A stretch of 64,000 nt of DNA from Deltaproteobacteria bacterium (GCA_016234845.1 JACRNP010000090.1:3434-67433), one strand, 5' to 3'. Positions 38,668-48,861 are shown, counted from the stretch's first letter. Notes: generated by a model not told the origin, from the sequence alone. Program-made: numbers and translations.

Positions 38668-41169
38668 ATGCGCGAGATCCCCCCGTCGATCCGGAAACCG
38701 TCGAGGTACAGCGGAAGCGAGATCCGCCGCGGGGGTATCGCGTGGGACGCCGCCGCCGTCCGCGTGCTCCTCGCCTTTCCCGACGCGTACGAGATCGGGA
38801 TGTCCCACCTGGGGATCCTCCTCCTCCACGAGATTCTTTCGGCCCGTCCCGCCACGCTCTGCGAGAGGGTGTTCGCCCCGTGGAGCGACTACGAGGAGCA
38901 CCTCCGGTCGACCGGCACCCCTCTCCCTTCGCTGGAATCGGGCCGGTCCGCCGCCTCGTTCGACATGATCGGCTTCTCCCTCTGCTACGAACTGACGTAC
39001 ACCAACGTGCTCGCGATGCTGGACCTGTCGGGGATCCCCCTGATGGCGAAGGACCGTCGGGAGGAGGACCCGCTGATCCTGGCGGGAGGGGTGTGCACGA
39101 TGAATCCCGCGCCCGTGGCGCCCTTCTTCGATGCGATGCTCGTGGGGGACGGGGAGGAGGCGGTGCTGGAGATCGCCGCCCTCGTCCAGCGGAGGAAGGA
39201 GCGGGGGGGGACGCGCGCGGATCTGATCGCGTCGGTCTCCGCCGTCGCAGGGGTCTACGTCCCGGGGGTCTCGACGGCGGTCTCCCGGCGCGTCCTCCCG
39301 GACCTCGCCCTGTCCCCGCTACTCCCGGCGCCGATCCTGCCGTCGATGCGGGTGGTCCACGACCGGCTGAGCGTCGAGATCTCCCGGGGGTGCACCCGCG
39401 GATGCCGGTTCTGCCAGGCGGGGTACGTGTACCGGCCGCTCCGCGAGCGGGACCCGCTGGTCGTCCTGCGGTACCTCCAGGAGGAGGCGCCGAAGACCGG
39501 GTACGACGAGGTGGGGCTCCTGTCGCTCTCCGCCGCGGACTACAGCTGCATCGACCGGCTCATCACGGAGGCGATGGCCGCCCTCGAACCGGACCACGTC
39601 TCCGTCTCCCTGCCGTCGCTGCGCCTGGACGCGCTCGAGGAGAACACGGTCCGGCAGATCCGGAAGGTGCGCAAGTCCGGGTTCACGCTGGCCCCCGAGG
39701 CGGGGACGGAGCGGCTCCGCCGGTCGGTCAACAAGGAGATCCGCGACGACGACGTCCTGAAGACGGCGGAGTGGATCTTCGGAAACGGGTGGCGGACCCT
39801 CAAATTGTATTTCATGGTCGGTCTCCCGGGAGAGACGGCCGAGGACGTGCGCGCCATCGCGCGGCTGGCGAAGGCGGTCGCGTCGGTGGCGCGCCGCCAC
39901 GGGAAGCGGAACACGGTGACGGTCAGCGTCTCCGCCTTCGTCCCCAAGCCGCACACGCCGTTCCAGTGGGAGCGCCAGATCGGGAGGGAGGAGGTGGAGG
40001 AACGGATCCGCGTCGTGCGGGACGCGGCCGGCCGGGACCGGAACGTCGAGGTGAAGTTCCACGGTCCGCAGGTATCCGAGCTCGAAGGCGTCTTCTCCCG
40101 GGGGGACGGACGCCTCCCGGCGGTCGTCCTCGGGGCGTACCGCAACGGGGCGCGGTTCGACGCGTGGACGGAATCGTTCCGTCCCGACGCGTGGAAGGAC
40201 GCTTTCGCGGCGGCCGGCGTCGACCCGCTCGAGTACCTGGCGGAGCGCGATCCGGACTCCCCCCTTCCTTGGGCGTTCGTGGACGCGGGCATCGAACGTT
40301 CGTTCCTCCTCGCCGAGCGGGAGAAGGCGCGCGCGGGAGAGACGACCCCGGACTGCCGCGCGGCCGGCTGCACCTCCTGCGGCGCTTGTCCGCCGGGGCT
40401 CTCGAACATCACGTACGCCGGCCGGATGCCGGCGGCCGGCGGCCGGAAGGACGTGGAGCCGGCGGTACCGAAGGTTTCGGCGGCCGATCCCGCGCGGCGC
40501 CAGATCGTCCGGATCCGGTACGCGAAGGAGGGACCCGCGAAATATTTGAGCGGCCTGGAGATCCAGTCCCTCTGGGGGCGATCGTTCCGCCGCGCCGGCC
40601 TGCCGCTTTCGTACAGCCAGGGGTTCAACCCGGCGCCGAGGCTGTCGCTCTCCCCCGCCCTCGCGGTCGGGACGGAGAGCGCCTGTGAATTCCTGGAGGC
40701 GGAGTTCTCGCTCCCCGTCGTCGCGACGGATCTCCTGTCCGCCCTCCCTCCGCACCTGCCGGCGGGCGTCCGGCTTCTCGACGCGAAGACCGTGCCCCCG
40801 GGATCGCCCCGCCTTTCGGACTTCGACCTCTCCTCCACGTACGTCATCCGGCCGCTCCCGCCGGACGATCTCCCGGCCGAAGCCGGCAAGGAATCCGCGG
40901 CGCGGCGGTTCGCCGACTTCCTGGCGTCGGATCGGCACCCGATGACCCTGGTCCGCGAAGCCCAGGTGCAGGTGTCGGAGGTGGACCTCCGCCCGCTGGT
41001 CACGGATTTCGGGGTGAACGCGGAGGGGATCTTCATTACAATCATTCAGGGCACGGGGAAGGGGGTGCGGCCGGTCGAGGCCGCCGCGTCGCTGCTCGGC
41101 GCGCCCCTCCCGGCGGACCGGTTCATCCCGAGGAAGGTGTCGGCGGAGCTCCTCCACCGCCGCGGGTAA
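38668..41169 (+). CDS. TIGR03960-type B12-binding-like radical SAM protein fused to a radical-SAM-linked (TIGR03936/DUF2344-type) domain
   Basis: FPDAYEIGMSHLG, RGCTRGCRFCQAG, FVPKPHTPFQW; C-terminal YSQGFNPAPRLS. Confidence 0.9.
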   Translation: MREIPPSIRKPSRYSGSEIRRGGIAWDAAAVRVLLAFPDAYEIGMSHLGILLLHEILSARPATLCERVFAPWSDYEEHLRSTGTPLPSLESGRSAASFDMIGFSLCYELTYTNVLAMLDLSGIPLMAKDRREEDPLILAGGVCTMNPAPVAPFFDAMLVGDGEEAVLEIAALVQRRKERGGTRADLIASVSAVAGVYVPGVSTAVSRRVLPDLALSPLLPAPILPSMRVVHDRLSVEISRGCTRGCRFCQAGYVYRPLRERDPLVVLRYLQEEAPKTGYDEVGLLSLSAADYSCIDRLITEAMAALEPDHVSVSLPSLRLDALEENTVRQIRKVRKSGFTLAPEAGTERLRRSVNKEIRDDDVLKTAEWIFGNGWRTLKLYFMVGLPGETAEDVRAIARLAKAVASVARRHGKRNTVTVSVSAFVPKPHTPFQWERQIGREEVEERIRVVRDAAGRDRNVEVKFHGPQVSELEGVFSRGDGRLPAVVLGAYRNGARFDAWTESFRPDAWKDAFAAAGVDPLEYLAERDPDSPLPWAFVDAGIERSFLLAEREKARAGETTPDCRAAGCTSCGACPPGLSNITYAGRMPAAGGRKDVEPAVPKVSAADPARRQIVRIRYAKEGPAKYLSGLEIQSLWGRSFRRAGLPLSYSQGFNPAPRLSLSPALAVGTESACEFLEAEFSLPVVATDLLSALPPHLPAGVRLLDAKTVPPGSPRLSDFDLSSTYVIRPLPPDDLPAEAGKESAARRFADFLASDRHPMTLVREAQVQVSEVDLRPLVTDFGVNAEGIFITIIQGTGKGVRPVEAAASLLGAPLPADRFIPRKVSAELLHRRG

Positions 41170-41173
41170 ACGG

Positions 41174-42703
41174 ATGCAGAAAGCGGGCAAGCTCATCGTC
41201 GTGAACGCCGCCCCGTACGAAACGCGCGTGGCGACCCTCGAGTCCGGGATCCTCGTGGAGCTCCTCATCGAGCGGGGCGAGGACAAGAACTCGGTGGGGA
41301 ACATCCACAACGGCAAGGTGATCCGCGTTTTGCCCGGGATGCAGGCCGCCTTCGTCGACATCGGGATGGACAAGGCCGGGTTCCTCTTCGCGGGGGACTT
41401 CGTCACCCCCCAGCTGGAGTTCGACACCGACCCGTCGGAGGAGACGGTCATCCCGGACGACATCGGGATCCGCCCGGCGCGATACCCGCAGGACCATTTC
41501 CTCCCGCCGATCGAGGGGCTCATCCGCGAGGGGCAGCACCTCCTCGTGCAGGTCGCCAAGGAGCCGCTGGGAACCAAGGGGGCCCGTATCACGAGCCACA
41601 TCACCCTCCCGGGTCGCCACCTGGTGCTGCTCACCTGGTCGTCCCACATCGGGATCTCGCGCCGCATCGAGGACACGGGGGAGCGGGACCGCCTGACGAG
41701 GCTCGTCGAGGCGATCCGGCCGGAGGGGATGGGCGCGATCGTCCGGACCGCGGCGGAGGGTCGCTCCGAGGGCGAACTCAAGGCCGACATGGATTACCTG
41801 GTCCGCCTGTGGGAGACGATCCGGAGGAAGAGCGAGAACGCCCCCGCGCCGTCCCCGATCCACCGGGAGCTGTCCCTCTCCCTCCGGGCGGTGCGGGACC
41901 TGTTCTCCTCGGAGTCCGACCGGATCGTGGTCGACTCCCCCGAGGAGCACGAACGGATCCGGAGCTTCGCCTCGCAGTTCTTCCCCCGCATTCAGGACCG
42001 GATCGAGCTGTACGGCGGCCCGGAACCGATCTTCGACCATTACGGGATCGAGATCGAGGTGACGCGCGCCCTGGACAAGAAGGTCTGGCTCAAGAGCGGC
42101 GGCTACATCGTGATCGAGCAGACCGAGGCGCTGACCGTCGTGGACGTCAACACGGGGAAGTACGTGGGGCGCTCGTCGCTCGAGGACACCACGGTCAAGA
42201 TCAACCTCGAGGCGGTGAAGGAGATCGTCTACCAGCTCCGGCTGCGCAACATCGGCGGGATCATCATCATCGACTTCATCGACATGAAGAGCGAGGAGAA
42301 CCGCGAGAAGGTCTACAACGCCCTCGTGGACGCCCTGCGCGCCGACCGGAGCAAGACCACGATCTGCAAGATCTCGGAGCTGGGGCTGGTCGAGATGACC
42401 CGGAAGCGGGTCCGCGAGAGCCTGGGCCGCTCCCTCGCGGAGGCGTGCCCCTACTGTTCCGGGGAAGGGGTCCTGAAGTCCAAGAAGACCATCTGCTACG
42501 ACATCTTCCGCGCCCTCGAGCGGCAGAGCCTGCTGCTGTCGGGCAAGCAGGTGTCGCTCTCGGTCCACCCCGCGCTGGCGGAGGAGCTGTTCGGCGAGGA
42601 GCGCCGGTTCCTCGAGATCCTGGAGCAGCGGTACGGTATGAAGGTCAACATCTCCGCGTCGGAGAAGTACCACATCGAGCAGTACCGGATCGAGCCGAAC
42701 TGA
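41174..42703 (+). CDS. rng: Ribonuclease G (Rne/Rng family)
   Basis: PGMQAAFVDIG, KEPLGTKGARI, DVNTG, LRNIGGIIIIDFIDM, CPYCSG. Confidence 0.93.
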   Translation: MQKAGKLIVVNAAPYETRVATLESGILVELLIERGEDKNSVGNIHNGKVIRVLPGMQAAFVDIGMDKAGFLFAGDFVTPQLEFDTDPSEETVIPDDIGIRPARYPQDHFLPPIEGLIREGQHLLVQVAKEPLGTKGARITSHITLPGRHLVLLTWSSHIGISRRIEDTGERDRLTRLVEAIRPEGMGAIVRTAAEGRSEGELKADMDYLVRLWETIRRKSENAPAPSPIHRELSLSLRAVRDLFSSESDRIVVDSPEEHERIRSFASQFFPRIQDRIELYGGPEPIFDHYGIEIEVTRALDKKVWLKSGGYIVIEQTEALTVVDVNTGKYVGRSSLEDTTVKINLEAVKEIVYQLRLRNIGGIIIIDFIDMKSEENREKVYNALVDALRADRSKTTICKISELGLVEMTRKRVRESLGRSLAEACPYCSGEGVLKSKKTICYDIFRALERQSLLLSGKQVSLSVHPALAEELFGEERRFLEILEQRYGMKVNISASEKYHIEQYRIEPN

Positions 42704-42745
42704 AGGGCCGGGACGCGGCGGAAGCCGGTCGGCGCGATTCGCCGC

Positions 42746-42774
42746 TTGACGATCGGACCGGGCGTCCCTAATAT
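42746..42774 (+). promoter_or_regulatory. Sigma70 promoter of tRNA-Thr
   Basis: TTGACG-N17-TAATAT about 30 bp upstream of the tRNA. Confidence 0.7.
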
Positions 42775-42804
42775 TATCCTTTCGCTTTTCCTGGCGTTTC
42801 GCCG

Positions 42805-42879
42805 GCCGGCGTAGCTCAGTGGTAGAGCAGCTGATTCGTAATCAGCAGGTCGTCGGTTCAATCCCGACCGCCGGCTCCA
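42805..42879 (+). tRNA. tRNA-Thr(CGT), CCA encoded
   Basis: Acceptor GCCGGCG/CGCCGGC, D arm GCTCAGTGGTAGAGC, anticodon stem GCTGA/TCAGC with loop TTCGTAA, T loop GGTTCAATCC, ends TCCA. Confidence 0.97.
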
Positions 42880-43190
42880 AATTTTCCAACGAAGCATCCC
42901 AACAAAAATTTGGAGCCTCATCGAGGGATTGAACCGGTTTCGGGCGCCGAGCGATCAGCGAGCCCCGCCCGCGGTCGATGAAAACCATGGCCGCTGGGGT
43001 CCCCTTTCCAAGAATGTCGGAGGGGGAGAATAGCGCGACGCTCCGGAGCGCGGAAGCCCGAAACCGCGCCGCCAAAGCCGCCCCACTCCCGAACGAAGTA
43101 CGCTCCCTGGGGTACCCCGCAACGAAGATCCTGAGGGGCAATGGCTTCGTCGGTCGAGGCTCAGGCGGGCAATCCCGACCGCCGGCTCCA
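42854..43190. repeat. tRNA-3'-linked structured element with inverted and direct copies of the tRNA end
   Basis: 42854-42885 is imperfectly complementary to 42905-42936; 21 bp caatcccgaccgccggctcca at 42859-42879 and 43170-43190. Confidence 0.85.
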
Positions 43191-43372
43191 GCCTCCTTCC
43201 AATAAAGGCGGCCGTCACATATTTTAATCCTGCATTTCTCTTTCCTTGCCTTGGTGTTTCATCATATAAAACCAGGTTTGCCCGGAAACTTTTCTGTTGA
43301 CCTTCGCATCTATTCCTGCGAAAAGATGATGTAGAACCTACATGGTAAGGATTATCCTTTGTGGGGGAGCCG

Positions 43373-43570
43373 ATGGCGAAGGAGTACAGAGTCTACAAGG
43401 TCGATTACCTGACCAAGATGAGGATTCCGATCGGCACGGTCAAGGAACGCCGCGTCAAGGCGCGTCCGGAATCGAACCACCTGGGTCTCATGAAGCTCGC
43501 GCGGAGGATGTACGGTGCGACGATGGAGGAGCAGCTGAAGATCATCCTGGGCGAGGAACTCGTCGCTTGA
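43373..43570 (+). CDS. Small basic hypothetical protein (65 aa)
   Basis: GGGGGAG RBS, host-like GC3 codon usage, AT-rich upstream region; MAKEYRVYKVDYLTKMRIPIGTVKERR. Confidence 0.7.
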   Translation: MAKEYRVYKVDYLTKMRIPIGTVKERRVKARPESNHLGLMKLARRMYGATMEEQLKIILGEELVA

Positions 43571-43585
43571 CGCGCCCGCCGCCGT

Positions 43586-44068
43586 TCAGGCGGCCACCCG
43601 GACCAGCACCGGGGAAAGGACCTTTGCGACGTCCCCCGGCGCCATCCCCAGCAGGAACCCCCTCCTCCCCCCGTTGATGTAGATTCTCGGCAGGCCGAGT
43701 ATCGACTCCTCCATGTACACCGGCATGGCGCGACGCACGCCGAACGGCGACGTCCCTCCCACGACGTACCCGGAGTGGCGGTTGGCGGTATCGGGCGCGC
43801 AGGGGGCCACGCTCTTCGCGCCGATCGTCCGCGCGAGCTCCTTCGTCGACACCTGCCGGTCGCCGTGCATCAGCACGATCATCGGCAATTTCCGGTCGTC
43901 CTCCATGACGAGCGTCTTCACCACGCTGTGCTCGTCCACTCCCAGCTCGCGGGCGGACACCGCCGTGCCCCCCTTTTCCTCGTACGAGTACGGGTGTTCG
44001 GTCCAGGAAACGCCCGCCGCCCGGAGGACACGGATCGCCGCCGTGACGGGGTGCTTTTCCCGGGTCAT
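43586..44068 (-). CDS. ybaK: Cys-tRNA(Pro) deacylase YbaK
   Basis: [26 protein letters not shown]. Confidence 0.9.
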   Translation of the reverse strand: MTREKHPVTAAIRVLRAAGVSWTEHPYSYEEKGGTAVSARELGVDEHSVVKTLVMEDDRKLPMIVLMHGDRQVSTKELARTIGAKSVAPCAPDTANRHSGYVVGGTSPFGVRRAMPVYMEESILGLPRIYINGGRRGFLLGMAPGDVAKVLSPVLVRVAA

Positions 44069-45054
44069 CGGTTGACCGACTTCATCGTTTCCGCCGGATA
44101 CCGCATGCCGGAAACGGCCCCCGGGGGGACCGCCGCCTCGATCCGCCCCGCCTCGGAGGGGGAAAGGCGGATCGCCAGCGCCCCGACGTTCTCCTCCAGG
44201 CGCTCCCGCCGCTTCGTGCCCGGGATCGGCACGATGTCGTCTCCCCGGGACAGGACCCACGCGAGGGCGAGCTGCGCGGGCGACACGCCCTTCTCCCGTG
44301 CGACCTCCTCGAAGGAACGGAGCAGCTCGAGGTTCTTCTCCAGGTTTCCCTCCTGGAACCGCGGGGAGCCGAGGCGGAAATCCTTCTCGAACAGGTCCGC
44401 CCTGCTCTTCACGCGCCCGGCGAAGAAGCCGCGCCCCAGGGGTGAGAACGGGACGAACCCGATCCCGAGCTCCCGGCACGCGGCCAGCGCCCCGTTCGTC
44501 TCCGGGTCCCGGGTCCAGAGGGAGTATTCGCTCTGCACCGCGGCGATGGGGTGCACCGCGTGGGCGCGCCGGATGGTCGCGGCGGACGATTCCGACAGGC
44601 CCAGGTACCGGACCTTCCCTTCGCGGACCAGCTCCGCCATCGCGCCGACGGTCTCCTCGATCGGGGTGTCCGGATCCACCCGGTGCTGGTAATAGAGGTC
44701 GATCGCGTCGGTTCCGAGACGCCGAAGGCTCGCCTCGCACGCGGAGCGGACGTACCCGGGCTTGCCGCTCACGCCGATCCAGCTTCCGTCGTCGCCCCTC
44801 AGGATGCCGAACTTGGTCGCCAGGATCACTCGATCCCTGCGGCCGCGGATCGCCGCTCCGACCAGCTTCTCGTTGTGGCCCAGCCCGTAGATGTCGCTCG
44901 TGTCGAGGAAATCGATCCCGAGATCCAGCGCGAGCGCGATCGTCGCCGCCGACTCGGCCTCCTCGGCCGGACCGTAGAACTCCGACATCCCCATGCATCC
45001 GAGCCCCAGCGCCGAAACCCGGAGCCCGCCCTTCCCCAGATTCCTGCGCTCCAT
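44065..45054 (-). CDS. Aldo/keto reductase
   Basis: [41 protein letters not shown]. Confidence 0.93.
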   Translation of the reverse strand: MERRNLGKGGLRVSALGLGCMGMSEFYGPAEEAESAATIALALDLGIDFLDTSDIYGLGHNEKLVGAAIRGRRDRVILATKFGILRGDDGSWIGVSGKPGYVRSACEASLRRLGTDAIDLYYQHRVDPDTPIEETVGAMAELVREGKVRYLGLSESSAATIRRAHAVHPIAAVQSEYSLWTRDPETNGALAACRELGIGFVPFSPLGRGFFAGRVKSRADLFEKDFRLGSPRFQEGNLEKNLELLRSFEEVAREKGVSPAQLALAWVLSRGDDIVPIPGTKRRERLEENVGALAIRLSPSEAGRIEAAVPPGAVSGMRYPAETMKSVNR

Positions 45055-45196
45055 CCTTCGAACCTCCCGCCGATTTCCCCGCGCCGTCCCCACACCGCAT
45101 TCCATTGTAGCGCGCCGGCGAACGACGGTTCCGGTTGACCACCGTGGCGCCGACGGAATACGGTAATCGTACCAGGGAACGGAAGCGGAGGGAGCG

Positions 45197-46015
45197 ATGG
45201 CCACACTCGCGGGAAAAACGCTGTTCATCACGGGGGGGAGCCGGGGGATCGGCAGGGAGATCGCCCTGCGGGCGGCGGAGGACGGCGCCAACGTCGCGCT
45301 GGCCGCCAAGACCGCCGAGCCGAACCCGAAGCTTCCCGGGACGATCTTCACGACGGCGGAGGAGGTCGAGAGGGCCGGCGGGAGGGCGCTCCCGCTCCAG
45401 GTGGACATCCGCTTCGAGGCGCAGATCGCCGAGGCCGCGAAAAAGGCGGCGGAAACGTTCGGGGGGATCGATATCCTGGTGAACAACGCCAGCGCGATCG
45501 GCCTGACGGGAACGCGGGAGACCCCGATGAAGCGGTTCGACCTGATGTTCGGCGTCAACGTGCGGGGCACCTTCGCCGCCTCCCAGGCGCTCCTCCCCCA
45601 CCTGCTCTTCGGGAGCAACCCCCACATCCTGAACTTGAGCCCGCCGCTGTCCCTCGACCCGAAGTGGTTCCGGAACCATTGCGCCTACACGATGGCGAAG
45701 TACGGGATGAGCATGTGCGTGCTGGGAATGTCGGAGGAGTTCCGCGACGCGGGGCTGGCGGTGAACGCGCTGTGGCCGAAGACGGTGATCGCGACGGCGG
45801 CGATCTCGATGATCCCCGGCGTGGAGGCAAAACATTGCCGGAGCCCGCGGATCGTGGCGGACGCGGCCCACGCGATCCTCACCCGCGACAGCCGTTCGTG
45901 CACCGGGAACTTCTTCATCGACGAGGAGGTGCTTGCCGCGGAAGGCGTGACCGACCTGTCGCGATACGCGGTCGCGCCCGGCGCCCCCCTGCTCCCCGAC
46001 CTGTTCCTCGACTGA
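45197..46015 (+). CDS. SDR family NAD(P)-dependent oxidoreductase (HSDL2/citronellol-dehydrogenase-like)
   Basis: [33 protein letters not shown]. Confidence 0.9.
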   Translation: MATLAGKTLFITGGSRGIGREIALRAAEDGANVALAAKTAEPNPKLPGTIFTTAEEVERAGGRALPLQVDIRFEAQIAEAAKKAAETFGGIDILVNNASAIGLTGTRETPMKRFDLMFGVNVRGTFAASQALLPHLLFGSNPHILNLSPPLSLDPKWFRNHCAYTMAKYGMSMCVLGMSEEFRDAGLAVNALWPKTVIATAAISMIPGVEAKHCRSPRIVADAAHAILTRDSRSCTGNFFIDEEVLAAEGVTDLSRYAVAPGAPLLPDLFLD

Positions 46016-46025
46016 CCGTCGGGGG

Positions 46026-46571
46026 CTACCCGTCCCCGTCGAAGACGAGCGCGGCGGAGTTCATGCAGTACCGGAGCCCCGTCGGCTTCGGTCCGTCGTT
46101 GAAGACGTGCCCCAGGTGGGCGTCGCACCGGGCGCACAGCACCTCGGTCCGCCTCGAGAAGAAGCTGGAATCGTCGGCCTCCCGGACGTTCTCCTTCGCC
46201 ACCGGCTCGTAGAAGCTCGGCCAGCCGGTCCCGGAATCGTACTTCGTCTCCGAACGGAACAGGTCGAGGCCGCAGCAGACGCACCGGTAGGTCCCCTTCC
46301 CCTTCGTGTTCCACAACGCGCCGGTGAACGCGCGCTCCGTCCCCTTCCTGCGGGTCACCTGGTACTGCTCCGGCGTGAGCTGCTTCAACCATTCCGCGTC
46401 GGGCTTCACCACCTTTTCGGTCATGAAAAACCCCCTCCTGCGAACCGAATACACCTTCAGCGCAACCCCCGCCGCCGCAACCGCGTCCGCCGCCATCCGC
46501 CTCGCGAAGAGCGATGCGGAGACGCCGGCCGCAAGGACCCCCGCCAGGAACCTTCTCCGGGTCCATTCCAT
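46026..46571 (-). CDS. msrB: Peptide-methionine (R)-S-oxide reductase with Tat signal peptide
   Basis: TRRRFL Tat motif; [36 protein letters not shown]. Confidence 0.93.
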   Translation of the reverse strand: MEWTRRRFLAGVLAAGVSASLFARRMAADAVAAAGVALKVYSVRRRGFFMTEKVVKPDAEWLKQLTPEQYQVTRRKGTERAFTGALWNTKGKGTYRCVCCGLDLFRSETKYDSGTGWPSFYEPVAKENVREADDSSFFSRRTEVLCARCDAHLGHVFNDGPKPTGLRYCMNSAALVFDGDG

Positions 46572-46691
46572 GGTAATCCTCCGACATGGAATCCTTCGGG
46601 TAAGATGGCGGGGGAAGGCGCACGATTCCCGTTCCAACGACTTGCCCGGAATGCCCGCCCGGGAGACGGTGACACGGTGGGGAACTTCCCG

Positions 46692-47096
46692 TTACTTCCT
46701 GCCTTTATCCAGGAGGAAGGCGCCCAGCGCCCTGTCCACCTTCCCGATGTGGTTCACCAGCCAGTCCCCGATGAACCGGCCCATCCGGTCGGCGATCTCC
46801 GGGGTCGCGCCGCTGGCGTCGAACTCGTCGCGGAGGTCGTAGAAGTCGCTCACGAAGGAAACGTGCTCGCCCTTGTGGAACGGGAACCCCGGGTAGGAGA
46901 GGCGCCGCATGTAGACCTCCTCCATCCCGAAATGGTTGATCACGTAATCCTCGAGGAAGGCGATCACCCCGGGGATCTCCCCGGTCGACGCCCCGCCGTC
47001 CTCCCGGAGCAGCCGGTTGATCGCGGCGAACAGCTCGCGGTGCTGGGAGTCGATCGTCTCCACCCCCACCGCCAGTCTTTCCGTCCACTCGTACAC
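46692..47096 (-). CDS. Bacteriohemerythrin
   Basis: IDSQH, HFGMEE, HKGEH, WLVNHIGKVD iron ligands. Confidence 0.92.
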   Translation of the reverse strand: MYEWTERLAVGVETIDSQHRELFAAINRLLREDGGASTGEIPGVIAFLEDYVINHFGMEEVYMRRLSYPGFPFHKGEHVSFVSDFYDLRDEFDASGATPEIADRMGRFIGDWLVNHIGKVDRALGAFLLDKGRK

Positions 47097-47237
47097 GTCC
47101 GCCTCCCGGGTTTTTTCCGAAGTGTCGATCTGTCGTGGAATCGGGATCCATTATAGCCCGAACCCGCGGACCGATCACCGGGGATCGCGGCGAACGGGCG
47201 TTTCAAATCGCCGGGTCGGGGGTGTAGAATTTCCTCC

Positions 47238-48329
47238 GTGAACGGACTTCGCCAGGAGCGGTTGGAGCGATACCTTGCCGAGCGGTTCCACGGGGAGGCA
47301 AGGGTCACGGCGATCGTCCCCCTGCGGGAGGGGGCGGCCTCCGGCGCATCGAAGGGGTACGGATACGGGCACCCGGCGAGGATCGAGTTCACCGTCGACG
47401 GCCGGCGGCGGACGGCCGTGCTGGAGACGACCAGCCCCGGGCCGTTCGGCCACGAGCACATGGCCGACCGGGCCCAGATGATCCTGTGGGACTACGGCGC
47501 GTACAACGCCCTGCCCCGCCACGCCCGCGCGATCGACGTCGGGGTGTTCGAACGCGACGGCAGGATGATCTCCGTCCGCGAGGCCGAGGAGTTCTTCCTC
47601 CTGGTCGAAGTCGTCGAAGGAACCGGGTACATCCGGGACGTCGCCCGGCTCCAGGACGGAGAACCGCTTCGCGCGCTCGACATCTCCCGCGCCGACGCGT
47701 TGTGCGACTACCTGTCGGAGATCCATGCGGTCCGGGGATCCGATCCGGGGCTCTACGCGCGGCGGATCCGGGAGCTGGTGGGACACGGGGAGTGCGTGAT
47801 GGGGCTGTCCGACAGCTACCCGCAGCCGTGCGGGTTCATCACTCCCGCGCTCCTGGAAGAGATCGAGCGGCGCTGCGTATCGTGGCGATGGCGCCTGAAA
47901 CCGCTCTCCCGCCGGCTGCGGCAGGTCCACGGCGACTTCCACCCGTTCAACATCCTCTTCCGGGAAGGGACCGACTTCTCCGTCCTCGACCGTTCCCGCG
48001 GGGAGTGGGGGGAACCGGCGGACGACGTCACCGCCCTCACGGGGAACTACCTGTTCGCCTCGCTGCAGGCGCACGGCCGGCTCGAAGGGGCGTTCGAGAC
48101 GCTCTTCCGCCGGTTCTGGGAACGGTACGTCGAGCGCACGGGCGACGCGGAGATCCTCGAGACGGCCGCCCCCTTCTTCGCCTTCCGGTGCCTCGTGATG
48201 GCGTCCCCGGTCTGGTACCCGTCGCTCGACGACGGGGTGCGCCGGAAGCTGTTCTCCTTCCTCCTGTCGGCGCTGGACGCCCCCCGGTTCGACCCGGCCC
48301 GTGTGAACGGCTGGCTCGATGCGGTCTGA
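47238..48329 (+). CDS. Aminoglycoside/choline-kinase-like phosphotransferase
   Basis: Brenner motif HGDFHPFNILF, VLDRSRGEWGEPADD. Confidence 0.85.
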   Translation: MNGLRQERLERYLAERFHGEARVTAIVPLREGAASGASKGYGYGHPARIEFTVDGRRRTAVLETTSPGPFGHEHMADRAQMILWDYGAYNALPRHARAIDVGVFERDGRMISVREAEEFFLLVEVVEGTGYIRDVARLQDGEPLRALDISRADALCDYLSEIHAVRGSDPGLYARRIRELVGHGECVMGLSDSYPQPCGFITPALLEEIERRCVSWRWRLKPLSRRLRQVHGDFHPFNILFREGTDFSVLDRSRGEWGEPADDVTALTGNYLFASLQAHGRLEGAFETLFRRFWERYVERTGDAEILETAAPFFAFRCLVMASPVWYPSLDDGVRRKLFSFLLSALDAPRFDPARVNGWLDAV

Positions 48330-48861
48330 GCGGACGAAGGGGTTCGCGGTGTGGCTCACGGGGCTGCCCGCGTCGGGGAAAAGCACCGTCGCGCGGGCGC
48401 TCGCCGAGGCGCTGGAGGCGCGGGGCGTCCATCCGGCGGTTCTCGAATCCGACGCCGTGCGCAGGGTGGTCACCCCCGCCCCGACGTACTCGCCGGCCGA
48501 GAGGGACGCGTTCTACGCAACCCTCGGGTACCTGGCGCGAACGCTCGCGGAGCACGGCGTGGCGGTGATCGTGGACGCCACGGCGAACCGGAGGGAGTAC
48601 CGGGACCGGGCGAGGGCGGCGATCCCCGCGTTCTTCGAAGTCCACGTGAAATGCCCGCCCGACGTCTGCCGGACCCGCGACCCGAAGGGGATTTACCGAA
48701 GGGGCGAGGCAGGGACGGCCCCGAACGTTCCCGGGCTGTCCGCCCCGTACGAGCCGCCGCTTCGGCCCGAGCTCACGGTCGACGGGGAGAGGGAGTCGCC
48801 GGAGGACGCCGCGCGCAGGATCGTGGAGGCGATCGACGCGGCGGGCTGCCTGGCGCGCTAA
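48319..48861 (+). CDS. Adenylyl-sulfate-kinase-like P-loop kinase
   Basis: [24 protein letters not shown]; lacks the typical CysC LDGD..R and FISP segments. Confidence 0.8.
   Translation: MRSERTKGFAVWLTGLPASGKSTVARALAEALEARGVHPAVLESDAVRRVVTPAPTYSPAERDAFYATLGYLARTLAEHGVAVIVDATANRREYRDRARAAIPAFFEVHVKCPPDVCRTRDPKGIYRRGEAGTAPNVPGLSAPYEPPLRPELTVDGERESPEDAARRIVEAIDAAGCLAR

Noticed and set aside
40963..40974. 6 bp caggtg duplication in the radical SAM-linked domain
   Set aside because: Too short to distinguish from chance; in frame
42905..42990. Second tRNA on the minus strand
   Set aside because: Has GGTTCAATCC and a CCA end but no pairing T-stem, acceptor stem or anticodon arm
46026..46571. Selenocysteine read-through in msrB or other genes of the window
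   Set aside because: The catalytic residue is a Cys codon (RYCMNS); no in-frame TGA interrupting a recognisable domain was noticed
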